Positions 37,229 through 47,279 of a stretch of 64,000 bases of DNA are shown here, piece by piece. The first letter of the stretch is position 1, and the number at the start of each line of letters is the position of its first letter. The translations under genes and the position numbers were made by a program. The notes beneath the pieces were generated by a model. It was not told the DNA's origin. It ran no database searches and worked only from the letters and a program-made list of their open reading frames with translations. The stretch is from positions 37,822 to 101,821 of the IMG/VR virus record IMGVR_UViG_3300018079_000001; one strand, given 5' to 3'. Origin of the DNA: a virus.

Positions 37229-39144
37229 TTCGACGCGTGATCGGGAAGAATTTCCTCCCGTTTCGGAACCAATTCGAGTTCCCACTCGACAACCTTGGGC
37301 TCGTCGTGGTGCGCGGTGACAATCGCATAAGTGCCGCCGCGAACGACAACGGCTCTGGCAAGACGAGCATCCTGCACGCAATCGCCTGGGCAACCTGGGG
37401 CGAAGACTTGCTCGGGCGCAAGGCGGATGCCGTCGCGAATCGCTTCACCGACGACCTATGCTACGTGACGGTCGAGCATGTGGACTCGTTCGGTGAGTGG
37501 GGGTATACACGGACCCGGCGACCTGGCGGGCTCGAAGCCTACGGGCTCAATCTGCCCGAGGGTTCGGACATGCCCGTCGTCCAGGCGGCAATCGACTCTC
37601 GCCTGGGCTTCGGGTTTCGCACGTTCTGCAATGCGGTCGTGTTTGGCCAGGGCGCGTTCGAGCGCTTCGCTCACGCGGATCAGGCTGAGCAGATTCGGAT
37701 GCTCGACGAGATTCAGGGGATCGACTTCAGTGACGCTCGCAAGCGCACAAAAGCATGGCGTGACAAGATTGTCGTGCAGATGGGCGAGATCGAGAACGGT
37801 CTGCGGATGGACTCAGAGGCTCTTATCGGGGCGCGCAGCAACGTCACAACACTGAGCATGCTTCGTGATTCGTACGAAAACACGAAGTGGCTGGCGGTTA
37901 GTGGTCTGAAGGTGAGGATGCTCACCGCCGTGGACGCGACGGCTCGGGCTGAAGCCGACGCGAAGGCGATTGACGAGAGCGGGCGTCTTCTGGCAAAACT
38001 GCGGATCGCGGATGCGAAGTGCACGGAACTGGAAACTGTGTTGACGCAGGCGCACAATGACGAGAATTTCAAGGGTGCGATGCAGGACGAGGCCGGTCGG
38101 GACCTGCGGAAATTCGATGATGCCCTAGAAGTTCTGTTCGGTAACGCCGTGTGCCCGGTATGTCGTGCCAAGGTGGACAACGCGCCGAAGATCAAAGAAC
38201 GGTTTGCCAAGGATCGTGCTGCTCTGAGCCGCGCCGCTGAGCGTACAGCGAAGGACTATAAGGCAGCACTCGGGGTGACCGCCAAGGCACTTGAGGCACT
38301 TGAAGCGGAGCAGGCGGTACGGGCGCGGGTAGCCGGCATTGAGCCTAACCCGTTTGGTGCGGACGTGGACGTGTCGAGGCTGATCATGCGGCTGGAAGTC
38401 GAGACGACTCCGATCGCCCGCAAGAGGCTGGTGGGTGTGGCTGAGCAAGCCCGCCGCGATGTGCTTACCCTGGGCGAGAACATCAGGAAAGCCGAGGCTG
38501 AGAAGTGGGACGGTGCTGACAAGTTGCAAAAGGTCGAGGAGTCTGTCGTTGCCCTGACGGTGCGAATCGCACGGGAGCAGAGCCGCATGGACCGGGCCGG
38601 TGTGGCGGTCGATATAGCCGAATATGCGACTGAGGCGTTCTCCGATCGGGGCATCCGTTCGATGCTGGCAGACGGTGTAGCCGACTACCTGAACGAGCGC
38701 ATGGCCGAGCACCTGGGGGTGCTGACAGCCGGCGAGGCGAAGAATGTCATGTCGTCACAGACGGCTCTGAAGAAGGGCGGCGCCCGTGAGCGCATTTCGT
38801 TCACGCCGACCTGGGCGTGGGGCGGTGATGGGGTGGACACTGGCTCGTCAGGGCAGGACCGCCGTGTGGACTTGGCGACGTTTGCGGCTGTCCAGGACTT
38901 GTCTGAGAGCCGGAGTGCCCGACCGTTCCCGTTCAAGGCGTACGACGAGCCGTTTGACGCGCTCGACAGTCGGGGCAAGGAAATGGCGTGTGCCTGGCTG
39001 AGGGCTCAGGCAAAAGAGCGGACGGTGTTCCTTATCACGCACTCTGAAGAGTTGGCAACGCTAGCCGAGCCGGATCAGGTGTGGACGATCGTGCACGATG
39101 ACAATGGCGCAAAAATCGAAACAACCGTTGATCCTACTAAGTAG
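37225..39144 (+). CDS. SbcC/Rad50-like ATPase
   Basis: NGSGKTS, CPVC hook, SSGQ signature, DEPFDALD and ITH motifs. Confidence 0.9.
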   Translation: MIRRVIGKNFLPFRNQFEFPLDNLGLVVVRGDNRISAAANDNGSGKTSILHAIAWATWGEDLLGRKADAVANRFTDDLCYVTVEHVDSFGEWGYTRTRRPGGLEAYGLNLPEGSDMPVVQAAIDSRLGFGFRTFCNAVVFGQGAFERFAHADQAEQIRMLDEIQGIDFSDARKRTKAWRDKIVVQMGEIENGLRMDSEALIGARSNVTTLSMLRDSYENTKWLAVSGLKVRMLTAVDATARAEADAKAIDESGRLLAKLRIADAKCTELETVLTQAHNDENFKGAMQDEAGRDLRKFDDALEVLFGNAVCPVCRAKVDNAPKIKERFAKDRAALSRAAERTAKDYKAALGVTAKALEALEAEQAVRARVAGIEPNPFGADVDVSRLIMRLEVETTPIARKRLVGVAEQARRDVLTLGENIRKAEAEKWDGADKLQKVEESVVALTVRIAREQSRMDRAGVAVDIAEYATEAFSDRGIRSMLADGVADYLNERMAEHLGVLTAGEAKNVMSSQTALKKGGARERISFTPTWAWGGDGVDTGSSGQDRRVDLATFAAVQDLSESRSARPFPFKAYDEPFDALDSRGKEMACAWLRAQAKERTVFLITHSEELATLAEPDQVWTIVHDDNGAKIETTVDPTK

Positions 39145-39145
39145 G
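39129..39145 (+). promoter_or_regulatory. 17-bp element copy 5
   Basis: Exact repeat; encodes the DPTK* end of SbcC. Confidence 0.8.
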
Positions 39146-39210
39146 AGCAGTTAATCACTGCACGGGGCCGCGCCGATCAGCGGTAATGGTCAAAAAATGG
39201 AGGGGTGAAC

Positions 39211-39360
39211 ATGGCGAAGACGGGCAGAGGCAAGAAGGCTGCGAAGCGTGGCGCGAAGGCGAGCCGCAAGATCGGACGGGGCGGCAAGCTGGTCAAGGCT
39301 CCGAGAACGGGGCCTGGTGTCGGCATCGAAATCGTCGGTGTCGAGCGAATCGAGAGCTAG
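39211..39360 (+). CDS. 49-aa basic (Lys/Arg/Gly-rich) nucleoid-like protein (not in ORF track)
   Basis: GGAGGGG RBS; MAKTGRGKKAAKRGAKASRKIGRGG... Confidence 0.55.
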   Translation: MAKTGRGKKAAKRGAKASRKIGRGGKLVKAPRTGPGVGIEIVGVERIES

Positions 39361-39380
39361 CCAGAACGCCGACTGGAGAA

Positions 39381-39405
39381 GCCCCGGCCTGACCTGGGCC
39401 GGGGC
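39381..39405 (+). terminator. GC-rich hairpin, possible terminator
   Basis: GCCCCGGCCT-GACCT-GGGCCGGGGC; no U tract. Confidence 0.35.
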
Positions 39406-39414
39406 AACTATATC

Positions 39415-40014
39415 ATGAAACCGTGGCGAATCCTGCGAGAGCAGATGGAAGCGCGGAGACGCGCGGAGGGGAAAACTGTGACACTGTACCTGGACCTACC
39501 GTACCGGACGAAGAAGGGCGAAGAGCAAAACTTCCTGGAGCCGTTCGAGATCGAGGAAGTGAACGACAAGATCAAGGCGATGGCGACGCTGGTCGGCCCG
39601 GACCAACTGGACGAGGCCAAGCGCAGAGCGCGGGAGATCAAAGACGAGTACATCGCGGCCATCGGTTCATTCGCGCCGCGTATCACGTCTTACCTGCTCC
39701 GCACGGCGGTCGAGCTACGCTACCGCAAGGATACGCAACAGGGACCACGTGTCGAGGTTCCGCGCAAGGGACCCGAGAAGACGAAGCCTGGTGTGTGGTG
39801 GGGAGAGTTACAGGTGCAACTAGAAGATTACCCCGCCGAGATCGACGTGCCTGTCGTAGTCGCGCAGTGGCTTGTGGCGACCTGGCAGGACGACAAGGTG
39901 CAGAACGGTCTGAACGAGAAGGTGCAGGCGTGGGCGAACGTGTTCGACGCCGAGATCGAGCGGCTGAGCACGGAACTGACGGCGAAGAAGCCGGAGCCGG
40001 CGAAGGCCGAGTAG
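39415..40014 (+). CDS. hypothetical protein
   Basis: 199 aa, typical codon usage. Confidence 0.65.
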   Translation: MKPWRILREQMEARRRAEGKTVTLYLDLPYRTKKGEEQNFLEPFEIEEVNDKIKAMATLVGPDQLDEAKRRAREIKDEYIAAIGSFAPRITSYLLRTAVELRYRKDTQQGPRVEVPRKGPEKTKPGVWWGELQVQLEDYPAEIDVPVVVAQWLVATWQDDKVQNGLNEKVQAWANVFDAEIERLSTELTAKKPEPAKAE

Positions 40015-40015
40015 C

Positions 40016-40453
40016 GTGTCACGCACCAACTGGAAGCAGATCGAGCGGGATGCGGCGAGTCTATTCGGGCTCGCCCGCTTCCCCGCGAACATGGGTGGGC
40101 GGATTGATTTCGGTCCGCGTCACCCACAGCATGCGCCGTTTATCGGCCAGGTGAAGAATCCGAAGGTGCAATCGTTGAATGTGCTGACGAAGCTGGTCGA
40201 GGAGATGGATGCCATTGCGGCGAAGGAAGCCTACTCGTACTCGGCGAGCGATCTGGACGGGCGTGAGCATTTCGGTGTGGTCGTGGTAAAGTTGTCGAAT
40301 AAGCGGCCGACGCCGAAACTGGTCGTGTTCAGCGAAGATACGTGGCTGCGAATTCGTGCGATGCTTCCGTTCGATTGGGAGATCGGACTGCCGAGAAAGG
40401 TGGAGGGCGATGGGCAAGAATCCCGGATCGAAGCAGAGCAGCAAGCCGGTTAG
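40016..40453 (+). CDS. PD-(D/E)xK Holliday-junction resolvase-like nuclease
   Basis: WKQIER..A, D...QVKN, and VVVK pattern. Confidence 0.6.
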   Translation: MSRTNWKQIERDAASLFGLARFPANMGGRIDFGPRHPQHAPFIGQVKNPKVQSLNVLTKLVEEMDAIAAKEAYSYSASDLDGREHFGVVVVKLSNKRPTPKLVVFSEDTWLRIRAMLPFDWEIGLPRKVEGDGQESRIEAEQQAG

Positions 40454-40576
40454 TCGAGCGGGTTTCAGCAAGCCCGCATGTCCGGTGTGTGGGGCGGACA
40501 CGCGCCGTCTGCGTAAGCCGAAATGGTCGGTCTGCGAGACGGGGCACCGGCTCTACAAACTCAAGGGGAGATAGTT

Positions 40577-41092
40577 ATGAGCGAGCAAGTGCTGAGCATG
40601 TACCTGGCCGGCGCGATCCGTGACGGGCGCAAGGAAGACATCGAGTGGCGTGAGCAGGTGATCGACGCTCTCAAGGGTCTGCCTGTCCGCATCATAAACC
40701 CGATCGCTGGCAAGACGTACGAAGACGGGAAGTGGACCGTGTCGGGTGTGTCGTCCGGGGCGAAGTTCATCACGAAGCACGATCAGTTCTATGTCCGCCA
40801 AGCGGACATCGGGCTGTTCAACTTCCGTGCGCTCAGTCAGGGCTACCCTAACATTGGCACCCTGGTCGAGTTCGGGTGGGCCTCGAACAACGTCAAGCCG
40901 ACTCTGATCTACGCTATCGTGGACCCCGACTATGCGGGGCACGACAGCAAGAAGATGTACAACCTGCACCCGTTCATCGAGCAGTTCGCGGCACAGGTAT
41001 TCGACACGACGGAGCAGGCGATCGAATTCCTGAAGCGGCACGTGCCAGTGATGACCGGGCTCGCGCCTTCCTTCCCGGCGTATCGGGCGTGA
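40577..41092 (+). CDS. nucleoside 2-deoxyribosyltransferase-like protein
   Basis: YLAGAI...WR...INP...D...V.QAD...IGTLVEFGWA. Confidence 0.8.
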   Translation: MSEQVLSMYLAGAIRDGRKEDIEWREQVIDALKGLPVRIINPIAGKTYEDGKWTVSGVSSGAKFITKHDQFYVRQADIGLFNFRALSQGYPNIGTLVEFGWASNNVKPTLIYAIVDPDYAGHDSKKMYNLHPFIEQFAAQVFDTTEQAIEFLKRHVPVMTGLAPSFPAYRA

Positions 41093-41230
41093 ACTGGTTC
41101 ATGGTAACGTCGGGGTTGTTGAACCTCGGCGCGGGTGTGTGGGCGGTGCTTCAGAGTCACGACTGGAAGCTAGCGGCGGTCTATACAATGTGGGGCGTGG
41201 GCAACATCATCATGGCGAGCAAGGGTTGAC

Positions 41231-41491
41231 ATGCGCTACGAATTGCACATGGCGACGGGTGATCATCGGAGCAATGTCGCACTGCACAAGTACGCGCACC
41301 CGTGCGTGTGCATCGCGGCCCGGAACGAAGACGGCACGAAGGCTTTCGATCGCAAAGTGTTCGAGGCTAGGTGGTGCGGGCGCAATGGCTCGGCAGTGTA
41401 TGACTTGAATGCAGGCGGGCGGGCCATGTGGGTAGTCATCGAGGGACCAATCGAAGTGCGAACCGAGAAAGGATGGGAGGAGCTACCGTGA
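41231..41491 (+). CDS. hypothetical protein
   Basis: 86-aa ORF within the operon. Confidence 0.5.
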   Translation: MRYELHMATGDHRSNVALHKYAHPCVCIAARNEDGTKAFDRKVFEARWCGRNGSAVYDLNAGGRAMWVVIEGPIEVRTEKGWEELP

Positions 41492-41895
41492 CCGACAATC
41501 AAGCTGCAATCGACATGGTACAGCGCATTCCAGCGTTCGAGCAGGATTTCACGCTGAACCACTACCAGGACATCATCAAGGCGACCGATCGTCCGGGCTT
41601 GGAAAGTTTCGGCGCAGACGGCACCACGCCGCTGTGGTACTACGCGCTCGGGCTCGGTGGTGAGTCGGGGGAGTTCGTGGACAAGGTCAAGAAGGTCTAC
41701 CGCAACAGCCAAGGTGAGTTGGACTCTTCTGCGACCTTGGCCCTGGCGTATGAGCTAGGCGACGTGCTGTGGTATCTCAGTCGTGCTGCTGCGAAGCTGA
41801 ATCTGACGCTGGCACAGGTGGCGAAGCTGAACATCTTTAAGCTGTCCGACCGTGCTAAACGTGATGTGATCCGGGGCGAGGGAGACAACCGATGA
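41488..41895 (+). CDS. MazG-like nucleoside triphosphate pyrophosphohydrolase
   Basis: LGLGGESGE..DKVKK, ELGDVLWY and N..KL.DR..R..I.G.GDNR. Confidence 0.9.
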   Translation: MTDNQAAIDMVQRIPAFEQDFTLNHYQDIIKATDRPGLESFGADGTTPLWYYALGLGGESGEFVDKVKKVYRNSQGELDSSATLALAYELGDVLWYLSRAAAKLNLTLAQVAKLNIFKLSDRAKRDVIRGEGDNR

Positions 41896-42326
41896 ACAAG
41901 TGGGACGCGCGCTTCATGGACATGGCGAAGCTGGTGTCTTCGTTCTCTAAGGACCCAAGCACACAAACGGGCGCGGTCATCGTGGACCCGCGCAATCGGG
42001 TTGTGTCGGTGGGCTTCAACGGTTTCCCGCAAGGTATCGCGGATACGCCCGAGCGGCTGAATGATCGTGAGACGAAGTACGCTCTGATCCTGCATTGTGA
42101 GCATAACGCTGTCCTGCTCGCGGGCAAGTCGGTCGAGGGGTGCACGCTGTACACGTATCCCTTCGGCTCCTGCACGCGGTGCGCGGTGACAATGATCCAG
42201 GCTGGCATCAAGCGTGTAGTCTTCCCGCCATGCCCGGCTGATAAGATGGATCGGTGGGGACCAGACCTGATCAGGGCCGAGAACCTGTACCGTGAGGCTG
42301 GCATCGAGGTAGTGCCGCTGTCATGA
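41892..42326 (+). CDS. dCMP deaminase
   Basis: SKDPSTQ.GA, G(F)NGFP, HCE.NA and C..C motifs. Confidence 0.9.
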   Translation: MNKWDARFMDMAKLVSSFSKDPSTQTGAVIVDPRNRVVSVGFNGFPQGIADTPERLNDRETKYALILHCEHNAVLLAGKSVEGCTLYTYPFGSCTRCAVTMIQAGIKRVVFPPCPADKMDRWGPDLIRAENLYREAGIEVVPLS

Positions 42327-42760
42327 AGGTCATCTACCTTGTCGGTTCACTTCGCAATCCCAAGGTGCCAGAGCTAGCAGCCGCTCTGCGTGCTGAGGGG
42401 TACGACGTGTTCGACGATTGGTTTGCCGCTGGATTTGAGGCAGATTTGTGGTGGCAGAGGTACGAGAAGGCACGCGGTAAGACGTACTCCGAGGCACTCG
42501 ACGGCTACCCCGCGTGGCACGTGTTCAACTACGACAAGACGCACCTGGACCGTTGCGACGCCACTGTTCTGCTCATGCCAGCGGGGAAGTCGGGACACAT
42601 GGAGTTTGGTTACGTGATCGGTCAAGGTAAGCCGGGGTTCATTCTATTGCCCGAAGAGCCAGGAGCAGACGCGTCATGGGATGTAATGTATCGGTTTGCG
42701 ACGAGGGTTGTGTATGACGTGCCGACGCTCGTTATGGAATTGAAGCGTGCCATCGGGTGA
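42323..42760 (+). CDS. second deoxyribosyltransferase/TIR-like fold protein
   Basis: IYL.GS.RN, D...L..CD...L..PAGKS.H.E.GY..G.GK. Confidence 0.7.
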   Translation: MKVIYLVGSLRNPKVPELAAALRAEGYDVFDDWFAAGFEADLWWQRYEKARGKTYSEALDGYPAWHVFNYDKTHLDRCDATVLLMPAGKSGHMEFGYVIGQGKPGFILLPEEPGADASWDVMYRFATRVVYDVPTLVMELKRAIG

Positions 42761-42913
42761 TCATCGCCGCTGCTACAAGTGCGGCGATGAATTCTTGCTG
42801 TTAGACATAGTTCTTGAAGCGGCAGACGGACGCACGTCGCACTGGTGCTACTGTCCGAAAGAGCATTGGGCGTGGTGGGCGAAGTTTCAACAAAAGTACA
42901 TGGGGAGAAACAT

Positions 42914-43507
42914 GTGACACTTGGCAATATCCTCTCGCACGCTCGTGGCATCGTGACGGCTCGCACTGGCACGCCGATTGTCCATGAAAACGGTTTTATT
43001 CAGTTGCCGCTCGACGCTCGGACGCGCCTGCATGTGTGGCCGGACGGCCCGCTGAACCATCAGAAGACAAGCAGTCCGATTCACGACCACCGCTTCGCAT
43101 TCGAGAGCTACGTGATCAGGGGCATGCTGCAACACATCGAGTATGAGTGGTGGCAGGACAAGACGAAGCCGACGCACCGTCTGCATCAGGTGGTGCAGAA
43201 GGTGAACGCCGAAGGTCGAATGGGTTGGGGCATACTAACTGCAACGGACGAGACAGGCTTTGTGAAGATTCACAGTCAGTACAAGCTGGTCGAAGGGGGG
43301 AGTGCCTATACGTTCGGGTCGCGGCGTTTTCATGAGAGCATCGGTATCGGGCTGACTGCCACGGTGATGTTCAAGACGAAGAACTACCCGGAGTATACGC
43401 CGCGCGTGTTGGCGCCGCTCGGGCAGGTGCCCGACAACGATTTCAGCCGCGAGAGTATGAACGATCCTAAACTGTTGTGGGACTACCTGGAAAGGGCGGT
43501 GCGGTGA
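42914..43507 (+). CDS. cupin-fold (double-stranded beta helix) protein
   Basis: H.NGF.QL, RLHVW, IHDHRF.F.S and FH metal-ligand pattern. Confidence 0.55.
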   Translation: MTLGNILSHARGIVTARTGTPIVHENGFIQLPLDARTRLHVWPDGPLNHQKTSSPIHDHRFAFESYVIRGMLQHIEYEWWQDKTKPTHRLHQVVQKVNAEGRMGWGILTATDETGFVKIHSQYKLVEGGSAYTFGSRRFHESIGIGLTATVMFKTKNYPEYTPRVLAPLGQVPDNDFSRESMNDPKLLWDYLERAVR

Positions 43508-43841
43508 ACACCGCAGTAGGACGCTGGCGGCTGATCGTCCGCGACGCCGGCACGGCCGCCAGCGCGATCGAGAACCTACACCGTTGCCTCGCCAAGATCG
43601 AGGAGCGGGCAGAGAAGCTGCCGTTCGTTGACGACGTATGGTTTAATGAAGTGCGCACCGAGTGCTGCCGTGAGCTAGAGCAGGCGAAGCTGAGTCTCGG
43701 CAAGGCCCTGGCCTCACTTGATATTGTCGGAAGCCGTGAGCGTCAGTGGTGGGCTCGTGTCCGGAAACGTGTGGAGGCAAAGGATCGCGAGCGACGGCTC
43801 AAGCTGGACGCGCCAAATATCTAAAAAAGGCGAAGGCTCGT

Positions 43842-43858
43842 TGATCCTACTAAGTAGG
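43842..43858 (+). promoter_or_regulatory. 17-bp element copy 6
   Basis: Exact repeat fused to the rtcB RBS. Confidence 0.8.
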
Positions 43859-43873
43859 GGGAGGGACAACGCC

Positions 43874-45085
43874 ATGCAAGTCTTCGCTGAGCAGGGACGC
43901 GCACCGATCAAATCCTGGACGGATGGGGTAGAGTTGGACCCTAACGCGCTCGGGCAGCTTCGCAATACGGCCAGCCTACCGTTCATTTTCAAGCACGTAG
44001 CCGTTATGCCCGACGTGCACCTGGGTATCGGTGCCACGGTGGGCAGTGTCATACCCACAAAGGGTGCGATCATACCCGCTGCGGTGGGTGTGGACATTGG
44101 CTGCGGTATGATCGCGGCCCGGACCCCACTGACGGCGAGCGACCTACCCGACAGCCTCGCGGCACTTCGGACCAACATCGAATGGGCGGTGCCGCACGGG
44201 CAGAACCAATACAAGCACGCGGTGGCCCCGATTGGCGAGCAGAACGCAATCATGGATGCGTACAAGATCATCTATGACAGACACAAGGGCTTGCCGAATC
44301 CGGGGACCGATTGGGCCGGGAAGATCGTGCGGCAACTAGGGACACTCGGCGGCGGAAACCACTTCATCGAAGTGTGCCTCGACGAAGAGCAGCGTGTGTG
44401 GGTGATGTTGCACTCGGGCTCGCGCGGTATCGGCAACAAGATCGGCAGCTACTTCATTGAGCTAGCCCGCAAAGACATGCGACTGCATTTCATCAACCTG
44501 CCCGACCGCGACCTAGCGTACCTGAGCGAGGGCACGCAGTATTTCCTCGACTACTGGAACGCGGTGAAGTGGGCGCAGAACTACGCGCTCGTGAACCGTC
44601 GCATCATGCTCGAACGTACGCTGGATCAGGTGCAGCGGGCACTGTGGAAGACGTGGGAGACGGAGCCGATGCCGGTAGAGATCGCGGCTAACTGTCACCA
44701 CAACTACGTGGAGCGCGAGAACCACTTTGGCGAGAACATCCTCGTCACGCGCAAGGGTGCGGTACGCGCCCGCCTGGGTGACATGGGCATCATTCCCGGT
44801 AGCATGGGCGTGCGTTCGTACATCGTGCGCGGCCTGGGTAACGCCGAGTCGTTTCAGTCCTGCTCGCACGGAGCGGGACGCCGTATGTCGAGAACCGCCG
44901 CACGGAACACATTCAGCGTCGAAGATCACGTGCAGGCGACGGCCGGCGTCGAATGCCGTAAGGACGTGGGTGTGATCGACGAAACGCCGGGGGCCTACAA
45001 GGACATCGAAGCGGTCATGGCAGCGCAGACGGACCTGGTCGAGATCGTGCACACGCTCAAAGGTGTGCTGTGTGTGAAGGGTTGA
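43874..45085 (+). CDS. rtcB: RtcB RNA ligase
   Basis: MPDVH.G.G, VGVDIGCG, GTLGGGNHF, HSGSRG, HN, RKGA, PGSMG, SHGAGR and DE.P.AYK motifs. Confidence 0.95.
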   Translation: MQVFAEQGRAPIKSWTDGVELDPNALGQLRNTASLPFIFKHVAVMPDVHLGIGATVGSVIPTKGAIIPAAVGVDIGCGMIAARTPLTASDLPDSLAALRTNIEWAVPHGQNQYKHAVAPIGEQNAIMDAYKIIYDRHKGLPNPGTDWAGKIVRQLGTLGGGNHFIEVCLDEEQRVWVMLHSGSRGIGNKIGSYFIELARKDMRLHFINLPDRDLAYLSEGTQYFLDYWNAVKWAQNYALVNRRIMLERTLDQVQRALWKTWETEPMPVEIAANCHHNYVERENHFGENILVTRKGAVRARLGDMGIIPGSMGVRSYIVRGLGNAESFQSCSHGAGRRMSRTAARNTFSVEDHVQATAGVECRKDVGVIDETPGAYKDIEAVMAAQTDLVEIVHTLKGVLCVKG

Positions 45086-45308
45086 TGCTCGGCTGGTATT
45101 TCGCGTGGATTGCGCTCATGTCAGTGGTAGGCACGGACGTGATGGGGCCGTACCCGACGCAGGCCGTGTGCATCGCAGCGCGTGATGGCGCGAAGGACTT
45201 CGGTGGTGTGACGACGACGCAGTGCACGAACGACGCGCGGTTGTACGATGACATGCTGTTTTGGGAGTTGGAACTGGAAGAGATGATTGCTAACAGTGGA
45301 GGGCCGAC

Positions 45309-46355
45309 ATGAGCGTAGAGATCAACGAATACACGTCCTGGCACAGCTATCCGGACTCGAACGCACTCGGGCACAAGTATCTGACCGAGCTATTCTTCGA
45401 TGCCGTGACGGTCGAGGAAAAGGTGGATGGCTCACAGTTCTCGTTCGGCGTGTTCGGTGACTTGCCGAGCGATATGCGTTTCCGCTCAAAGGGCGCGCAG
45501 ATTTTCGTCACCGATGATGGGCACTCGTCCGAGAAGATGTTCGATAAGGCGGTGCAGTCGGTCATCAAGCGGCAGTACCTTTTGCACGAGGGCTGGACCT
45601 ACCGTGCCGAGTACCTGCCGAAGCCGAAGGCCGTGACGCTAACGTACGATCGGGTGCCGCGTGACCTGTTCGACAATACGGACGCGTACCTGATCGGTTA
45701 CGACGTGGAGATTGCCGACGAAGTGTTTCTTAGCCCGGACGAGAAGCGCGAAGAATTTGCGCGTATCGGCCTGGAGTGCGTGCCGTGCTTCATGAACGAA
45801 GAGACGATAACGGACATCGAAGCGATCAAGGCACTGCTCGCGGAGACGAGCATCCTGGGCGGGCAATTGATCGAGGGCGTGTGCATCAAGAACTATCACC
45901 GCTGTACGCCAGACAAGAAAATCCTGATCGGCAAGTACGTGTCCAAGACGTTCAAGGAATTGCACGGGCGGGATTGGGCAAAGGGAAACCCGAAGTCGGG
46001 AGACATCGTGCAGACGATCATAGAAGACATCCGGACTCCGGCTCGGTGGGCGAAGGGGGTTCAGCACCTTCGCGAGGCGGGGAAGTTGACTGACAGCAAC
46101 CAGGACATCGCGCTTCTGTTTCAGGAGATACCCGCTGACATCAAGAAGGAACTGGAAGGCAGGATCAAGGACGAGTTGTTCAAGTGGGCGTGGCCGAAGA
46201 TCAGTCGAGGCGCGATGGCTGGTATGCCCGAGTGGTACAAGGAACTGCTCGCGGCGGGCCAGCCGATGCCAGAGGGCCACGAGCCAAAGGGACCGGATTA
46301 TCAGCCGCAAGGTATGAATCCATATGACCACGCCGAAGAGGGAGGGCAAAGCTGA
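45309..46355 (+). CDS. ATP-dependent RNA ligase (Rnl2-like)
   Basis: EKVDGSQF motif I, AE, YD, EGVCIK and K.V...FKE. Confidence 0.75.
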   Translation: MSVEINEYTSWHSYPDSNALGHKYLTELFFDAVTVEEKVDGSQFSFGVFGDLPSDMRFRSKGAQIFVTDDGHSSEKMFDKAVQSVIKRQYLLHEGWTYRAEYLPKPKAVTLTYDRVPRDLFDNTDAYLIGYDVEIADEVFLSPDEKREEFARIGLECVPCFMNEETITDIEAIKALLAETSILGGQLIEGVCIKNYHRCTPDKKILIGKYVSKTFKELHGRDWAKGNPKSGDIVQTIIEDIRTPARWAKGVQHLREAGKLTDSNQDIALLFQEIPADIKKELEGRIKDELFKWAWPKISRGAMAGMPEWYKELLAAGQPMPEGHEPKGPDYQPQGMNPYDHAEEGGQS

Positions 46356-46652
46356 TGGCAAGACACGCGCATCAAGATTGGGGTCTGAACGTCGCGTACA
46401 CGTACAACGACATACAGTGTGCGCTGCTCATGGACATCCGTGAGATTCTGAACAAGATCGCGGCGAACACGTCGCCGCTGATCTGTTACAACGCTCGGCG
46501 CATTCCGACGTTGCTCACGAAGATCGCGAGCAACACGGATCGGTTCAAGTGCCACCATCATCCGCGCTACAAGGCGATACTGCCGCCACGCACGGATTGC
46601 AAGGATTGTCGGAGAATGTTTCGAAGGCGCCACGCCTAGAAAGGGGCACTCT

Positions 46653-47033
46653 ATGGCTGAAAGACAGCGCGCAGTGGACAAACTGAAAGAAGGCGAGGGT
46701 GACTATCAGTCCGAAGCTAACCTCGAACATCTCGCAACGGGGCAAGGACTCGGCGACCTGGGTGAAGGCTCGGGCGACAACCGCAGGGCTGCGGCGTTCA
46801 GCGAGATCAAGGGCCTGTGCCGTACGTGCGTGCACGCGCATATCACGAAGCGCGGGTCGGTCGAGCACACCGAGACGACGATCCGATGCGGCGAGATTGG
46901 CAAGGTGATGCCGCCCGACATCATGGAGTGTTCGGCGTACTGGAAGATCGGGCAGATGTCCCTGCGCGACATGCACGAGATCGCGTGGTACGTGGACAAC
47001 CGCGAGCCGACTGGCGGCGGAGGGTACAGATGA
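46653..47033 (+). CDS. Cys-rich hypothetical protein
   Basis: AGGGG RBS; CRTC.H...C...C. Confidence 0.55.
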   Translation: MAERQRAVDKLKEGEGDYQSEANLEHLATGQGLGDLGEGSGDNRRAAAFSEIKGLCRTCVHAHITKRGSVEHTETTIRCGEIGKVMPPDIMECSAYWKIGQMSLRDMHEIAWYVDNREPTGGGGYR

Positions 47034-47279
47034 AACGCGGCGATCGTGTGATCCTGACCGACGAGGCAATCAAGTGGGTTGACCTGAAGCACGCGCCCAC
47101 GGTGAAATCGCGGGTGATCACAGGCACGGTTGTGCGTGTGCTGCATCCCGAGGGGCACCCGAAGAAACCATACTGCATCGTTGTGCTCCGTGACGAGCAC
47201 AGGATGCCTGAGTCGTGGGCGTATCACTTCTGGCGCCCAACGCGCGGTAAGCTGGTCCGGACATGTGGCCGATCGTGAG

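Noticed and set aside
28393-43507. 2-aminoadenine (Z) or 7-deazaguanine genome
   Set aside because: No purZ, dpdA, folE or queCDE recognisable in this window; cannot be excluded elsewhere in the genome
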